Notes: a model not told the origin generated them from the letters alone. Shown: positions 1-15,055, counted from the first letter of the stretch. The stretch is 64,000 nucleotides of DNA from Octopus vulgaris (GCA_951406725.2 OX597815.1:170934001-170998000), one strand, 5' to 3'. A program made the numbers and translations.

Positions 1-67
1 GTTACGTTGACGCAAACACACCAACATTGGTTTCAAGCAGTGAGGGGGGACAAATACAGACACAAAG

Positions 68-125
<58 letters not shown>

Positions 126-283
126 GACGGGCGTCATTCAATTTCCGTCTACCAAATCTTCTCACAAGACTTTGGTCGGCGCGGGGATATAGCAGAAGAC
201 ACTTGCCCAAGGTGCCTCGCAATGGGACTGAACCCGGAACCGTGTGGTTGAGAAGCAAGCTTCTTACTACACAGCCACACTTC
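1..283 (-). mobile_element. SINE family 1 copy, truncated by the window edge
   Basis: GAAGACACTTGCCCAAGG..GGGACTGAACCCGGAACC..CACAGCCAC is the reverse complement of the family head. Confidence 0.8.
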
Positions 284-3200
284 AGCTTATAATAAGGCAA
301 AACACTTCTGTATTAGACTATTATTATTTCTAGAAGAATTTGTATTAATGGCTTTGATATATTATTACATACAGCTACGAAAATATTACGTGTATATGTG
401 TGTGTGAGTGTGTGCGTGTGTGTGTGTGTGTGTTTGTAAGTGTGTTTGTGTGCGCATGTGTTTGTTGGTATGTGCATGTATGCATATAACCGTATGTGTG
501 TGTCCTTTTGTTTGTGTTTAACCCCCATCGACGATCTTGTTTTATTTATTTTCCCGTAACCTAGCGTTTCAACGCAGAGAGCCAAATAGAATAAGCACCA
601 GACATTACCATAAAGAACTCGTGTCGATTTATTCGACTAAACCCTTCAAGGTGGTGTGCCAGCAAAACCGAGGTCTAACGACTGGAACAAGTAATAGATG
701 AAACATATCTTGTGAGGAGTGTAGAATAAGTTATAAATTTCAGCAAAACAGCTCCTCTTATTCCCCTGGTGTTCGATTGACTGGAAAAACAGCTAGAAAT
801 GTTCATCTGTCCCCTTGTACATTTCCTTCCTTCTAAATAAAAGTCATATAAATTATCATATAAAAGTCATATATATTATCATATATATTTGTGACCAACT
901 AGCGATTATTTTTTGTCATATACATTTATTTTAGGGGAGTAGCCTAATTCAGTGACTTTTTAAACATTTTATTGTTTTATGTAAGGAACTAAATAAAATA
1001 CATTATTTTAAAAGACCTGTCCTTTATTACACTGGTAATATTAATCTGTAATATACGGAAAACACAGGAATTCTCGAACGCAGGACGGCTGTGAAGACAA
1101 CTTAGAAAATCGGGTAAATAGCCTTAAAAGACGGGGGAAAATGGCCTGTACAGAGAATCGAACCCTAGAATCATTATTTTGACATCTTCATAGATGTGAA
1201 GACCATTTAAAAGAATAAAGTCCTTAATTACTATAGTGTATCTGGCAATAGGCAGATAAAGATGGGTATATCATTGAGCGGGCAAACGGGCAAGCACCAA
1301 TTAAAGAAATATGCAAAGTATAAAAAAATATGCAAAGTTCCTGCCATATTCAAGAGAAGTAGCATTAGTAATAAAGTATGTTATCTACAAAACGAACTTC
1401 TAGCTAGAGGGAATATCACCTACTTTTCTGTAATAGTCACCAGAAGCTGTCGAAACTAATATACAGAAAATTGGCGAAAATGCCAAGCTCATATTAAAAT
1501 TAACTATATAGGTGTCTGTTTTCAGTGGAAGAGGCTGAGTTGAAATCATTACGACGGTATACAGTGAGTAGGTGTGCAAATTTAACTTGGACAGGTTCTT
1601 GAGTGGTCTTACTTGGAACAGTGCCTGAGTTCATTCATATTTTCATTTTACTCATGAATAGCACGATAGCAAGTTCGTTTAGACTTCGATACAGATCGAA
1701 ATTTTATGTTTGGCAATGTTGACACATAATATGTTGGTTGTGAGAGAAGGAAAAGACTTTCAGTGATGTCAGAATGGCTATTTTATTCACTGGCTTGTTG
1801 ACTGAATTGCTGTTGTAATTTAGTACGTACTACTTAGAAGGCGTATATCCCTTGCGGCAATTGCGTTTGGTGAGGAAGCAGATAGGGATAACAGAGGAGA
1901 TATTAGAGGTAGTAGGGTAATGTTCCAGTAGTGTGAGGAAGGAAAACTGTGATATGTAAGCAGGGCATAAAAATCGATCTAAAAAGAGGCAGCTGATGCA
2001 TAAAAGCAGCCAGGTCATTCCTGATAGTCTTCATGGTAATGCCGTCTTAGCTTCCGTGATGCTATTGCTTAGGAAATCACGGAAGTATGATATATTGAAC
2101 AAAAAGTACTTCTGCCAGACACTATATACATATATCTACATATCTATATATTTACGTGAACACAGGCGTACATAAGTAAGAGAAAACATGCAAAAGTTCA
2201 TTCCCAGATTATTGTATGTGGGGTTGTGTGTGTGTGCATATATGTTAGTATTTGTGTGTACATGTTTGTATGTATGTATGTATGTATGTATGTATGTATG
2301 TATGTATGTATGTATGTATAACTCTTCAAAGAAATATTTATGTCTATGCATAAATATATACTCTATTCATATACTTGAATAATACACATGGTTGTATGCA
2401 TGTATGTGTGTTCTATGTATGCACATTGTGTTTATGTATGTGTATCAGTGTTGTGTAAAAAAAAGATAGTGATTTAGAATAATATTGAGAGGCATAGTGT
2501 TAGATGATGCGTGCATGTTTTTGAGAAAATGGTAATGTGTATGAAAGCTGTATTTATGTCTTCATACCCGTATGTGCGATGTTTTAATAATGATTATTTG
2601 TTGCCTCACTGATAGAAAATAATTAAGAGCAGAAAAACATTATTCTAGAAAATCTATCTCAGAATCTATATCACACAGAAAAGTATCTACATGCACGTCT
2701 GACTCGCTAAAAATAGCAGCCAAGTTACCCTCAAACCCTAATACTGTCTTACGAAAGCAGAATCATACTAGCTGCTGTAACATTAGATATCTTTAAGGTA
2801 GGGTGATAATAGGCGGAATATCACTGATCATAGATCTGCTCAATTAGTTTCGATTTCAAGCAAAGTAACAGCAACAACAAATATAAGACATTGAGTTGCA
2901 TTTGCGGAATCAGTTTATTACAAACCTTTTAAAACAAGACCCCAGTGAGTCAAGGCTTCTTTTGTCCCTCTTTGCACCCTAGATTCGAACGCCATAAAGA
3001 ATGCCATTCTGATTTTCTAAATCTTCTAGGTAATAAAGAACACATTTTTAGAAAAACATTGCTGGTAGTGTTGAATCGTCTGACAAGTGTCGATGATATA
3101 TCTAATACATTTTTTACTAATTTACTGGTTTCAGTCTTTAGAGTGGGACCAGGCTGGAATATCACCTTATTGACTCCAGTTCTGATTTGAAGATTGCTAT

Positions 3201-3327
3201 TTATGCTGTCGGTTTCTTTGCCTAAAAGCTAAGTTATAGGAGTTTAACTTAACCAATACCGGTCGTTATACAATAGGTGGCAAACATAAACGCAAAGACG
3301 ATTACACGTATACACACGCACACACAC

Positions 3328-3376
<49 letters not shown>

Positions 3377-3845
3377 CGTTCTTCCTCACAACTTCCGTTA
3401 ACCAAATTTACTCACAAGGCGTTAGTCGAGCTGGATGTCATGCATTGGAACTAAAGCTGAAACGACGAAGTTGCGAAGCAAACTTCTTGACTATACAGCC
3501 ATACCAGCACATATCAAATAAAATTACAGATATGAATGTTTATAATTGCGCAAACAATTAATTTTATAGGTTGAATGAATTTTCATACGTCACTCAGTAT
3601 TGTTAGAATTTGAAAGCAAAATGAAAACATCGAGTAAGACTTAAAACCTTTCAAGAGTAAAAATTCGTTAGTAGCATACGTTTGCTTTTATGGGAGACGT
3701 AGGGAGGCTATATTATAGAAATCATGTTGCAGAAAGTATTAAGTCAATATGTTCATCTATATTTCAAATGATTGTGTCGACCAGATCCCCACAAAAAAAG
3801 AAGTCAAATATGAGTCAAGTAAAGATTAGGAGATGAACAACGTAT

Positions 3846-4180
3846 AGCAATGGCCGTGTGGTATAACGGTTGATTTTCCAGTCACATAGTTCTGGGTTTA
3901 GTCCCACTGCATGGCACCTTGGCTATGTGCCTTGGTAGACGAAATCTGAAAGAGATCTGTTGTCTATATAGATACACACGTGTGTGTGTGTGTCAATAGC
4001 GCTTGACAACCGATGCTGGTGTATTTAAGCCAAAGTAATGTTTTTTGGGGTGGGGTAGCCAAAGAGAGTGATAGAATAGTTACTAAGCTTAAAAACGGAA
4101 TAAGTACTGAGTTCGATTTGTTCGACTAAAATTACTCAAGGCGGTGCCCCAGCATGGCCGCAGCCTAATGATTGGAACAA
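3846..4180 (+). mobile_element. SINE family 1 copy (diverged)
   Basis: Degenerate head plus CGCTTGACAACCGATGCTGGTG and GCGGTGCCCCAGCATGGCCGCAG tail. Further decayed pieces at ~495-700, ~3200-3510, ~26000-26220, ~38915-39070 and ~51350-51540. Confidence 0.7.
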
Positions 4181-4199
4181 TAATGACTATTATCTATAT

Positions 4200-5095
4200 A
4201 CAACGGAGTTACATCAGCGAGTGGGCTCTTGAGTATAACTCTCGAAAACATTACCAAGATCTCACTCTCAATTTTAACTTTCGAGACGCTAAAACCTGCC
4301 CACTTGACCAGACGTGTTTGATAAACTCAGTCGTATGCAAAGCAGTAGCCATAGCAACGCTGCAAGGTAACCTAACCGAAAAAGTGAATCACATCCGGTT
4401 ATACGAAGGTGATTTCAAAAAACGTTATGTAAACTACCAATCTTGTTTCCGGCACATAGATAAAAGAAAAAAAAACCACTAGCCGCGGAAGTGGTTTGAA
4501 GATCAACTCCACAATATATACAATCAACTAGAGAATCGTAGAGAATTCTGTGCCATATGTTACGGGGTGGGGTCTAAGAAAAACGAAACATATACGTAGC
4601 TGAAAGATAGCATATTCTTTTTAGATCTAAGAATTTCACCACACATCTGAATTCGGGATCACAACATTTTCAGTAAATGGAAACATATGGATAAATTTCT
4701 TTTGGCGAAGTGGAGGACAAACACGCTTCTCGGACTGAGTATCTGTCTCGTAGACGTTGGACTCCATCCGTTTGAATTCTTCTAAGACAATTCTTCTACA
4801 ACAAATAATTATTGTCTTACGGTCAAAGAAAACGTAACTCTAATTTCATTTCTTTGTCCTTTTTTACTTTTTTTCCCTTTTTATTTACCCTTCATTCTGT
4901 GCATCTACCTTCTGTTCCTTTTTTTCTCGTGATTTTTCTTGTTCCAGCATTCTGATTTCTAAATTCAATAGGTCATGCGCTCAGAGCTCGTAAACTTCTT
5001 GGAGACCTAATGTGTGTTATAAAAACATGTCTAGAATTGTGTCTCCAATGCATGAAACTATTGTCTCTAAACTTTGTGCTGTGTATATTAAATTA
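4200..5095 (+). mobile_element. Decayed PLE 3' fragment (Naiad-like GIY-YIG domain)
   Basis: TCPLDQTCLINSVVCKA...HIRLYEGDFKKRYVNYQSCFRH (4144-4482), continuing across frameshifts as YTIN*RIVE..VPY, ..AER*HIL..HLNS.., NIFSKWKHMDKFLLAKW. This is a degenerate version of CPL.G.CL..SVVY.A..YIG.TE..FK.RY.NH..SF ... LN.RSE..SKC.H..KFLL. Confidence 0.7.
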
Positions 5096-5117
5096 TATAT
5101 ATATATATATATATTAC

Positions 5118-5206
<89 letters not shown>

Positions 5207-5345
5207 TGTGTGTGTGTGTTTGATAAGTGCCAATGCACGAAAATCTCGGTCCTGTAACTTCTGCCGATTTTTAATAATAAAACATATTCTCATATGTTCT
5301 GAGTCCATCTTTCTATTTTATCACCGAAACTACTCGCGCACACAG

Positions 5346-5412
<67 letters not shown>

Positions 5413-5487
5413 TGTCTCTTATTAATAACCGGCAGAAGATGCAGAGTGGCTCAAGCGCTGAGAGTTTCGTACATTAGCACTTATCAA

Positions 5488-5537
<50 letters not shown>

Positions 5538-6086
5538 ACATATAAATATAGATGTTGCAGTAAGATCATTTTTTCTTACATTGGTGTTGTCCGTCAAACT
5601 AACCTCAATCTAATTTCTCATCTCGCCTGAAGCCAACATAACATTTCAGAATTGTCTTGTCTTTATATATATATTGAAAAGAAAGATATTTTGTCTGACT
5701 TCTTAATATTAAACTGAATAGAAGAAACCAATCCTCGCTCTGGTAGAAACATACTTTCAGCTTCATATCAGACTATTATTTATATAAATTTTATTGAAAC
5801 CTAGACAATGAAGTCTTAATATAATAAGTCTCAACTAAAATGTAAAAGTTTTCAATGTTTCGAATATGTTCGTATATATATTATATATTATATATATATA
5901 TATATATGGGGGGGGGGCGGTGCGTGTGTGTACATACGTATATGCATATACGCACACACATATATATATATATATATATACACATTTGTGCGCGCGTGCG
6001 TGCGTGCGTATGCTTTAATGCACATACTCAGATAAATAAAGATACATGACTACAATTATGCAAATATAAACGTATTCATACGCATG

Positions 6087-6142
<56 letters not shown>

Positions 6143-6158
6143 CACACACATGCAATTA

Positions 6159-6205
<47 letters not shown>

Positions 6206-8024
6206 GTATATATACATATACACACACAGACATTAATCTAATTACATGTATACGAGTGTATGGTTTGAATGTGTGCGTAATTCTAATCAATGCGAGGAAA
6301 ATAGACACTTCGGCCCTATTTTGTATTAGTTTCTGTTTTCTATTTTTATGGCTATTTACATTTTTCTAGTCTTTGTATACTATTATGATTTGGCAAGATT
6401 TATCATCTTGTTGGCAAATCATAGCATTTTGTTTGAACTGAAATCAATAAGCAAAGTTTTGGTGCAGTTTCTGCATCTAAAGCAACAACAAAAAAAATGT
6501 AAAAGAATAATGTGTCCCTTAAATACTAGATCAATTGCACAACGGATAGCCAATATATTATGGATAAACTTACACGAGCACATACAAATATGTGTATTTA
6601 TATGTTTAGAAGTATAGAGTGGCTTACATGTATAGATACGCACTGACACGCACACCCTACACAGACTTATTCGCATATACATGCAGATAGACACACACAA
6701 AGACACCCCCCACACACACACATATATATAGTATGTGTGTATATGTATAAATATCCTATACTTCGTGTAGAAACAAAAACACTTGTATAGAATTTAGATT
6801 TATCCTCATAAATAAATATATGTACATATGTGCGCGTTTGTGTGTTTTTGTCAGTGTGTGCTTGTGTGCATGTGTGCATGTATACACATATATATGTGTT
6901 TGTGTGTGTGTGTGTGTGTGTGTATTTGTGCGTGTGTGTGTGTCTTGTCTGTGTGTAGGTATATATGCAAACTTTTGAAACCTTCCTGTAAATAAGGAGC
7001 TGGAGTCTAACGAAGAAACAAAGCTTCAATATTGGACTTTAGATAACTCGTTTAAATTTAGAAATGGCTGGTAAAAGTTTTATTTTAATCTATTTGATTT
7101 TATTCGCTTGCAACTGTGACTGCTTTTGTTATACGTCGTATAGGCCGTATTAGCTCTTTGCTCGTAACTCTAGATTTATGTGATTGCTACTAAAATATTT
7201 ACTAACAGAGCTAGCACACTAATGATTACAAGCATGCAGGTGAATTTATGATCTGGGCAGAGAAAGAGTAAATTTCGAAGTAGACATCTGTAATTATTTA
7301 TTTGTCACTGATTTTGAAAGCTAAATCCACATCTGAAGCCCAACTAACCTCTACAATATTCCATAATTTCTGTTTCTTATCTTGCCCTAAACATCCAAAC
7401 AACTATATTGTTTGAACTTGGCAGAAGCTCTCCCAGTAAAATTTACGCTGATATATATATATATATATATATATAAGAATAAAACGATGGGACGAGGACG
7501 CAAAACATCAGATGATACAAAAAAGGGACAAGAAAAAGCAAGGAAGGGTCATTTCTTTCCTCACTCGAGTTCCAGATTATATTTGCAATTTCGGCTGGTT
7601 ATATTCGAGATTGCTCTAATCTGGCCAGCCCCAAGAAAAAACAAAGCTAAAAGCTATACGAAAACAAAGTAAAAAAAAAAAACCGGAGGAAATGGTACAC
7701 AAATCCAAATCCAAATAACGGGACATTCACAACAGGTGTCTTTGGACTAAGGACGTACATATATATATATATATATATCAGGAGCCAATATACGTGATGA
7801 TAAAGGTAAGATTGTTATATCAAACTAGGAACCGGTCCACGTGTATACTAATTACAAAGCAATATATAGCATTATGTTAGGTATGTGAAAAAGTTTTGTT
7901 CGATCTGTTCACCTGAGTATTGTTGATTCTGTTGTTATTTTCAGTGTTAGTTTGTTATTTTTGGTGGTTTGAACGAGGGTTTTAACTCTTATATCTAGCA
8001 GGCAGGCGCATTTGTGTACTCTTA

Positions 8025-8111
<87 letters not shown>

Positions 8112-8752
8112 TATTCTAAAACAGAAACATTTTGTTTTCGACACAAGCCAGTTTTTCCTACAAGCGATATTGTATATTAGTTTGGTAACATCATTCCGTA
8201 TTGAAAGTTAGTGTAATGTAGCTTTTAGATAAATAACGTAAGCGAAATCTTCGGTGATTCCGTGGGGATTTAAGGGGTTCGGAGTCTTTTTCATCCATCA
8301 TTAGGTATTTTGTGGCTATTTTCGATATTTTGCAAAACCGTAAGCTTCAATATTTAAATATCACGAGTCCAATAGAAGCTGCACTTCCTATCAAGTGTAG
8401 CATTGGCCGTAAGTTTGTGGAAAACCTATATACATATGCAGAAAGACAGACATACACGAGCGTGCGTGTGTATGTGTAGTTGTGTGTGCGTGTGTGCGAG
8501 TGAAGAAAATTGAGCAAAGAGAATTAAATCAGAGTGACTACTGGCATTATCTCGAGCTTGAGTCACAATTACCATATCTCAATTGAGACCAGCTCCACAT
8601 GACAAGCGGGTGGGGAAGCTTAAGAGTCAACACTCTTTCAAAGTTGATATACGGATATTTGGAGATAAGCGGATATGTGTGTGTATTTGTTTTTGTGTGT
8701 GTGTTTGTGTCTGTGTGTGCGTGTGCGTGTGTGTTATACACCATTCTACGAA

Positions 8753-8980
8753 AGGCGGCGAGCTGGCAGAAGCGTTAGCACGCCGGGCGAAATGCTTAGC
8801 CGTATTTCGTCTGCGTTACGTTGTGAGTTCAAATTCCGCCGAGGTCGACTTTGCCTTTCATCCTTTCGGGGTCGATAAATTAAGTACCAGTTACGCACTG
8901 GGGTTGATGTAATCGACTTAATACCTATGTCTGTCTTTGTTTGTCCCTTCTATGTTTAGCCCCTTGTGGGCAATAAAAAA
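8753..8980 (+). mobile_element. tRNA-derived SINE family 2 (Meta/MESC-like central motif), full copy
   Basis: AGGCGGCGAGCTGGCAGAA..GAGTTCAAATTCC head, then GTCGACTTTGCCTTTCATCCTTTCGGGGTCGATAAATTAAGTACCAG and an A-rich end. Confidence 0.8.
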
Positions 8981-9499
8981 ATATATACACCTTTCTACCA
9001 ATCTGAAGTCTCCTGAGAAATCATCGGAAAAGTGTACATGTGAAAGAGTACCCTGCAGGGCCGTGGGATGTTGCTCTTTCAACCTAGAGATGTTGCTCTT
9101 TCCACTTAGGAGTACTCAGCTGGTGTATGAATTTTACTGCTTGTTTTTAGTTGATAGTATTCGAGTAAAATTGTACGACACTCAAATATAACATGATCAG
9201 AGATGCTGTTATAGGAAGAACTTAAGAAGTTAAATAACACGCAGAAGACAGCATGACCAATGATTTCTAAACAACGAAATAGGTTGAGTGGCATCAAAGT
9301 CAAAGATGAATGCCAATGCATTCAATTCGATATCTCTGACTTTCATACATTCTCATTAAACATTAAACTTCTAAAACCATCCAGCTAACGACAAAAGAAA
9401 AAATCGAAAACATCATATGGAATTATTTGTCCGTCATAATTCACGCCGCATTACATTCTATCAATGAAGAAATGTATAGAAAAAAGGATTTCTAAGGCA

Positions 9500-10212
9500 G
9501 GCACTAGGCCAATAGATTTTGAGGGTGAAGTGGTAAGTCGATACCATCGATCCCAGTGCTTCACTGGTGCTCTACTCTATGCTTCCTGGAGGGACGAAAG
9601 GCATAGTTAATCCAGGCTGGATTTGAAATCAAAATGTAATAGATGGAGAAAATACCGCAAAGCATGTATTCCAAACGTTTATTCTATTCTGCCGATTCCC
9701 CACACTAAGAAATGAATAAATATGTCCCTCTTTCTTTTTTCTTTTTTTTTTTCCACTATAGGCGCCTGGACTGATATACTCTGGGAGGAGTATATTCGAT
9801 TACATCAACTCCAGTTATCAACTGGTAGTTATTTCATTGATCCCTAAATGATGAAAGACAAAATCGACCACGACTGAAACATGAAGCCGAAAGAAATGCT
9901 TCTAAGCAATTTCATACGACGTGCTAAGGATTCTGCCAGCTCGCTATCACAAAAATAAAAATAAAAATAATAATAATAATAATAATGATAACAACAACAA
10001 CAACAACAATAATAATAATAATTTTTGCCACGAGGACAGCTTAGGGGAGATGGGGATGAATCGATTACATCGACCCCAGTTTTCAGCTGGTACTTATTTT
10101 ATCGACCATGAAAGGATGACCTCGGCGGAATTTAAACTCAGAACGTAGGGACGGAAGAAATACCGCTAAGCATTTCGTCCTGCGTGCTAATGATTCTACC
10201 AGCTCGCCGCCT
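9500..10212 (-). mobile_element. Cluster of three tandem SINE family 2 copies of differing divergence
   Basis: Reverse-complement family 2 motifs at ~9500-9700, ~9770-9945 and ~10025-10212. Confidence 0.7.
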
Positions 10213-10214
10213 CA

Positions 10215-10268
<54 letters not shown>

Positions 10269-10275
10269 GTAATAA

Positions 10276-10765
10276 TTGTAAGTGTTATCATGTACATTGT
10301 TTTGCCTTGGTATAAAAGATGGGCTACAGCAAATATTCTGCTCAATACCACAGATTTGCTTGTCAGTTGTTTGACCTTCACCAGTTTCGCATGTCCCATA
10401 GTGGCTGACGATATGTGCATCTCTGATCACGAGCAGAAGTTGTTGGGGAGCATCATAGCCATGTGTTGAGAGGGATTCTTTAGGGTTTGAATAATTCACC
10501 TCTGGAAACATAGGTGTTTCGTTCAACATCCTTAAACAACCCTTATTCAGGGACCTTTTGAGAGAGATGAGCTACTCAACCTGAAGAAAATTCTAACTGG
10601 GCCCTACCTACAAGGTCATGCGTTGTTTATCTTGATATGAGATCACCATGTCGCGTACACATGGTTGTGGTGCATGTGCCTAGTGTACCCTTACATGATG
10701 GGTATATTGGGCTTCGTATATTTTACCCCAGTGTCACCTTGATGGCATGCACTGCTCTCTCACTC
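10276..10765. mobile_element. ~490-bp non-microsatellite insert bounded on both sides by (AAT)n; probable microsatellite-targeting retroelement derivative
   Basis: Sharp boundaries with long (AAT)n tracts at 10216-10275 and 10766-10897; no convincing ORF. Confidence 0.5.
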
Positions 10766-10817
<52 letters not shown>

Positions 10818-10841
10818 GTAGTAATAATAATAATAATAATG

Positions 10842-10900
<59 letters not shown>

Positions 10901-11283
10901 ATAGGCACAAAATCTGAAAATTGGGGGCTGTCGATTACATTGACCACAGCGGTCAACTGGTGCTTAAATCACACTATACTATTACACATTTAACTTCGTC
11001 TGTTGCGCAGTCCGAAAGTATCATTAGGCCATTGGATGCCTTCAGTAGAATCCTTCAGTCTTTGGTTTAAAAGATGTCTTCTTCTATCCATCCCACCGCT
11101 CCCCTGGGTATAGCCTTTCTTGATTAAGTTATACAAAAGGAACATATTAATTTACGTGGCTCCTCGTAAATTGAGTCTATAAAAAAGAAAGAGAAGGAAT
11201 TGCCACGGCTAGAACACAGTTCATCATAAATCTCCTAAACCAGAGCGGACATACAGTGAAGCTAAGACTACTGCTGCTGCTGT

Positions 11284-11342
<59 letters not shown>

Positions 11343-12094
11343 ATACTACTACTACTGTCATCAGCGGTTTAAATGGCGTCACTATCAGCAGTGACATTGC
11401 TGAACTCTTGGTCTGATATTTTAGTCCCAGATAAGCCTTGACTGAATGGGACTATATTTTCTAATGCATTCTTTCTTCTTAGAGTAGTAGAATGTGAGCT
11501 GTTTCACATTCACCTAGCCACGTAGATGCACTGTCGTTGGTTCATCATCATCGAAGTTCATGAATCATTAGGCATGTCCTTATTCAACATACTATATAAT
11601 TTCAAACAAACGAATAAACTGAATTAATACTATAAATGATATATAATTTTCCTGGAGATGCCAGAGCTACGTGGAGAACTTATGTGAGAACTAAGTGAGA
11701 GCTTAACGTATTTAATGTTGCAAATAAAGAATGAAGAAAAAATAATTAACTGCTTAAAATTGCAGCCGTAACGGAAAGAAAAATTGTCAGTGATATCGGT
11801 AAGTTTTGTCAACGAAATTGGCTAAAATTGGGAATTAGGTCATTCAGTAGAGAGTAAGCTCATTTATTGTTAAGTACAGTGGGCAATTTTTGGTTTTATT
11901 TAACCTCATCAGTGACGCATATTTATACTCGTATTTACTAGCCCATCGACTGACTGTGAGAATAAGTTTTAGAGAAGAAAATCAGTCATCAATAAGATAA
12001 TTCGAAATATTATCATGGGAATATTTTATATGGATTCCTTTAACTTGAAGAATATACACAGATAAAATAGATTTAAAAAATAGGGGAAAAGACC

Positions 12095-12385
12095 CCTTTC
12101 GGTCACGAATTACTAGGGGATTGTTACCAGTAAGTTCCCCCTCCGAGGCACAAGTCCGGGCAAGGTTATGTGTGAAAGACCACCAGTCACCAATGCATAC
12201 CAGCCTCCCCTCTCTATGCGACTGGTGTTGTCCAAGAGAAAGGTAAAGGCTGATACAGCTTGGCACCAGCGACGTCGCGACTCCTTTCTACAGCTGGGTG
12301 AACTGGAGTAACGTGAAATAAAGTGTCTTGCTCAAGAACACAATACACAGTCAAGTCCAGGAATCGAACTCATAACCTTATAACC
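12095..12385 (-). mobile_element. SINE family 3 copy (head truncated)
   Basis: Colinear with 61084-61418 (GGCACAAGTCCGGGCAAG, GATACAGCTTGGCACC, GTGAAATAAAGTGTCTTGCTCAAGAACAC). A decayed copy lies at ~19200-19330. Confidence 0.78.
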
Positions 12386-12439
12386 GATGTTCAAATCACT
12401 GGGACATGTACCTCCACAAATATTAATGGTTTTAGCTTT

Positions 12440-12900
12440 TGAGTGACCCTGACATTAAAATTGCTCTCATAATCATTGAGCTTACGTCGTGATGAAAGGC
12501 ATTCCAACTGTGACCATCCTATCTTAGTTTTAGACATTGTACATCCATGTGTCCTATCTAGAAAAAAATTGAATAAAGACAAAAGAGAGTAAAAGAAATA
12601 CGATGTGGTTTGAGGAAATTTTGGCTGCTATTTCTAGCTCATCGAATAAAATTAATATTACTACAAAAAGTATAGGAATTTATTCCAACTGACTGTTAAC
12701 CTGCATGTCATTATTCGGTCAGTTAGAAGTAGGAGCCAAATTGTCCTCAAATCACATCGTATTTCTTTTTTCTCTTTCTTCCCCACCTTTTTTTTTTAGA
12801 TAGGACACATTAAAAACTTTTTTCTTAGAAATATAATATCTAAAACTAAGATGGGATGGTCAAGACCGGAATACCATTGATTTTGACGTCAACTCGATAA
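12440..12900. repeat. Old dispersed repeat family (motif GGAAATTTTGGCTGCTATTTCTAGC / GATGGGATGGTCA..GGAAT.CC), two copies in opposite orientation
   Basis: Related degenerate motifs recur at ~2700-2880, ~24720-24800, ~42230-42300, ~45260-45450, ~46440-46600 and ~61570-61740. Confidence 0.5.
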
Positions 12901-13020
12901 CTATGAAAGCAGTTTTTGAAGTGTGGGTCAATCAAAACTGTAACCATTATCCGTTATTCCTTCCAGCCTACAGATGAGTATGTATGGGTTTATAGTCCTG
13001 GTCACCACATACACATCAAA

Positions 13021-13082
<62 letters not shown>

Positions 13083-14437
13083 ACACACACACAGTGTGGC
13101 TGGATGTGCACATAGACACATATCTAAATATTAATAAACACATACGATGTTCAAACTATTTCACAAACCTTCTTTTAACACCAATACCCCATTAAGAAAT
13201 TTCTAGTACACCGTTACTGATACAACGATAAGAAATAGTTGTTCACAATGAACCTCTTTCTTATGGAAAGAATAAGTCTTTTTGTATACGAAGAGGAATG
13301 ACGGCATGTACTGATATTTCCGCTCTGTATCAACGAACGCAGGCGTCATAATTATGTCATATCAAGAATTTCTTATTGTAGAATCTTTATCTAGATCGAC
13401 GAAGGAAGTCTGTAAATACACGTCACAGACTGTCTTTTTTGTCTCTCCTACGATGACCTTTGCTGCTTGAAACTGCTGATCACATGCAACATTATTCAGT
13501 TACTCCCATATTACTCGTCTTTCCTCTTCTCATTACCTACATGTCTGTCTCATAAATCCCTGCTCAACTTTTCTTGCAACCGTTGATTGGCTTACAGTTC
13601 AAGTGAAAAGTGAACAGCACAAATATCGCCGATCTTGGGGAGTTTATAAAATCCATGAATGCAGCCCCTTACTCTAAATCATAATATGTCTTCTCCTCCG
13701 CCACAAATCACTATTCATTAACATTTAGCATTCAAGCTTACTAACCAGTCGTTAGTTATAATTCTGTTTGCAATATTTCACGGAGTATTAAAATCATACT
13801 GCAGAAACAAGTCATCCAAAGCAATATCATTGAAAGGGAAGCTGCATAAATCCCAACTGTGGCTTTCAAGTTAACCAGTGAATAACATCTTGCGAAGAGA
13901 AAAATTATTGTACATAATAGAATTAATTGATATATATATATACTGCATTGCCCTTTCAAATCAAGTAAAGGTATCATAAATACATATGATCAAAGAATGA
14001 AATCTGTTCAACTTACATAATGACTATCAGTCTTCTCTGAATTAGGAAACCTTCTTGAACAAATGAATGATTAAAAGAGATTTAGTATGCACAAGATTAA
14101 CCCCATCTCGAAATGTTCGATCATTTTATTATCCGGCCGTTTTTATGTGCTTTGTCTATGAAATATTAATATGATTTAAATACATTCAGTACGTGATTAT
14201 ATGAAAACTATAAGATGCAGATATGGAAAAGAAAATTGTACACTTTTAAGAATATGGTCAAACTTACATACGCAGAGTTCTATAGTATTTACACTGAATA
14301 TATAACTGTTACACAAATATTGATGTTTATTTAACACTTACAACAACGCGTATTTATTGCACACACCTACGTCTTCAAACATGATACTATACTTACTGAA
14401 CATCGATCCATATGTACAAAACTAAAATCATATATGT

Positions 14438-14564
<127 letters not shown>

Positions 14565-14969
14565 GCAGTTTCATTTTATCTCTGAAAATAAATTAAATAT
14601 ATTTACAATTAGAAGATAAAACTCCAGAATTGATACGAATTCTCTTTAAAGCTTCAAGATTTGATATTTGATTTTCCAATTACTGAAACTAAGAATGGAT
14701 ACATAATCAATAGCCTGATGTATAATTTAAACGCCATCTATCAATCTTCTAAGAGTATCATGTTATAGAGGTATATAAATATATATACATGCTACATAGA
14801 TCCAAACATATATATATATACACACATATGTAAAAACGAATCCCATGTGTTCATTATGATATTAATATCGGTGTCAATAATAATGGAGTATGTCCCAAAT
14901 TCTAGAGGTTGCAGGAGAATGCGCTTATCATTTAATGATATATAGGGTATCAGATGTTCTAATCGATCA

Positions 14970-15008
<39 letters not shown>

Positions 15009-15020
15009 ATATCTTATATA

Positions 15021-15055
<35 letters not shown>

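Noticed and set aside
2945-3190. Overlapping 70-80 aa ORFs on both strands
   Set aside because: No recognisable motif or splice signals.
5010-5477. CVCV/HTHT/IYIY/SIYL/YVCM ORFs here and throughout the track
   Set aside because: Artefacts of di- and tetranucleotide microsatellites.
7580-7640. Minus-strand GGCTGG...CCAGCC-GAAA hairpin in a TA-flanked insert
   Set aside because: No CUGANGA-like core upstream, so a ribozyme call is not supported.
13200-14100. Possible second decayed transposase on the minus strand
   Set aside because: Motif resemblance is too weak to support.
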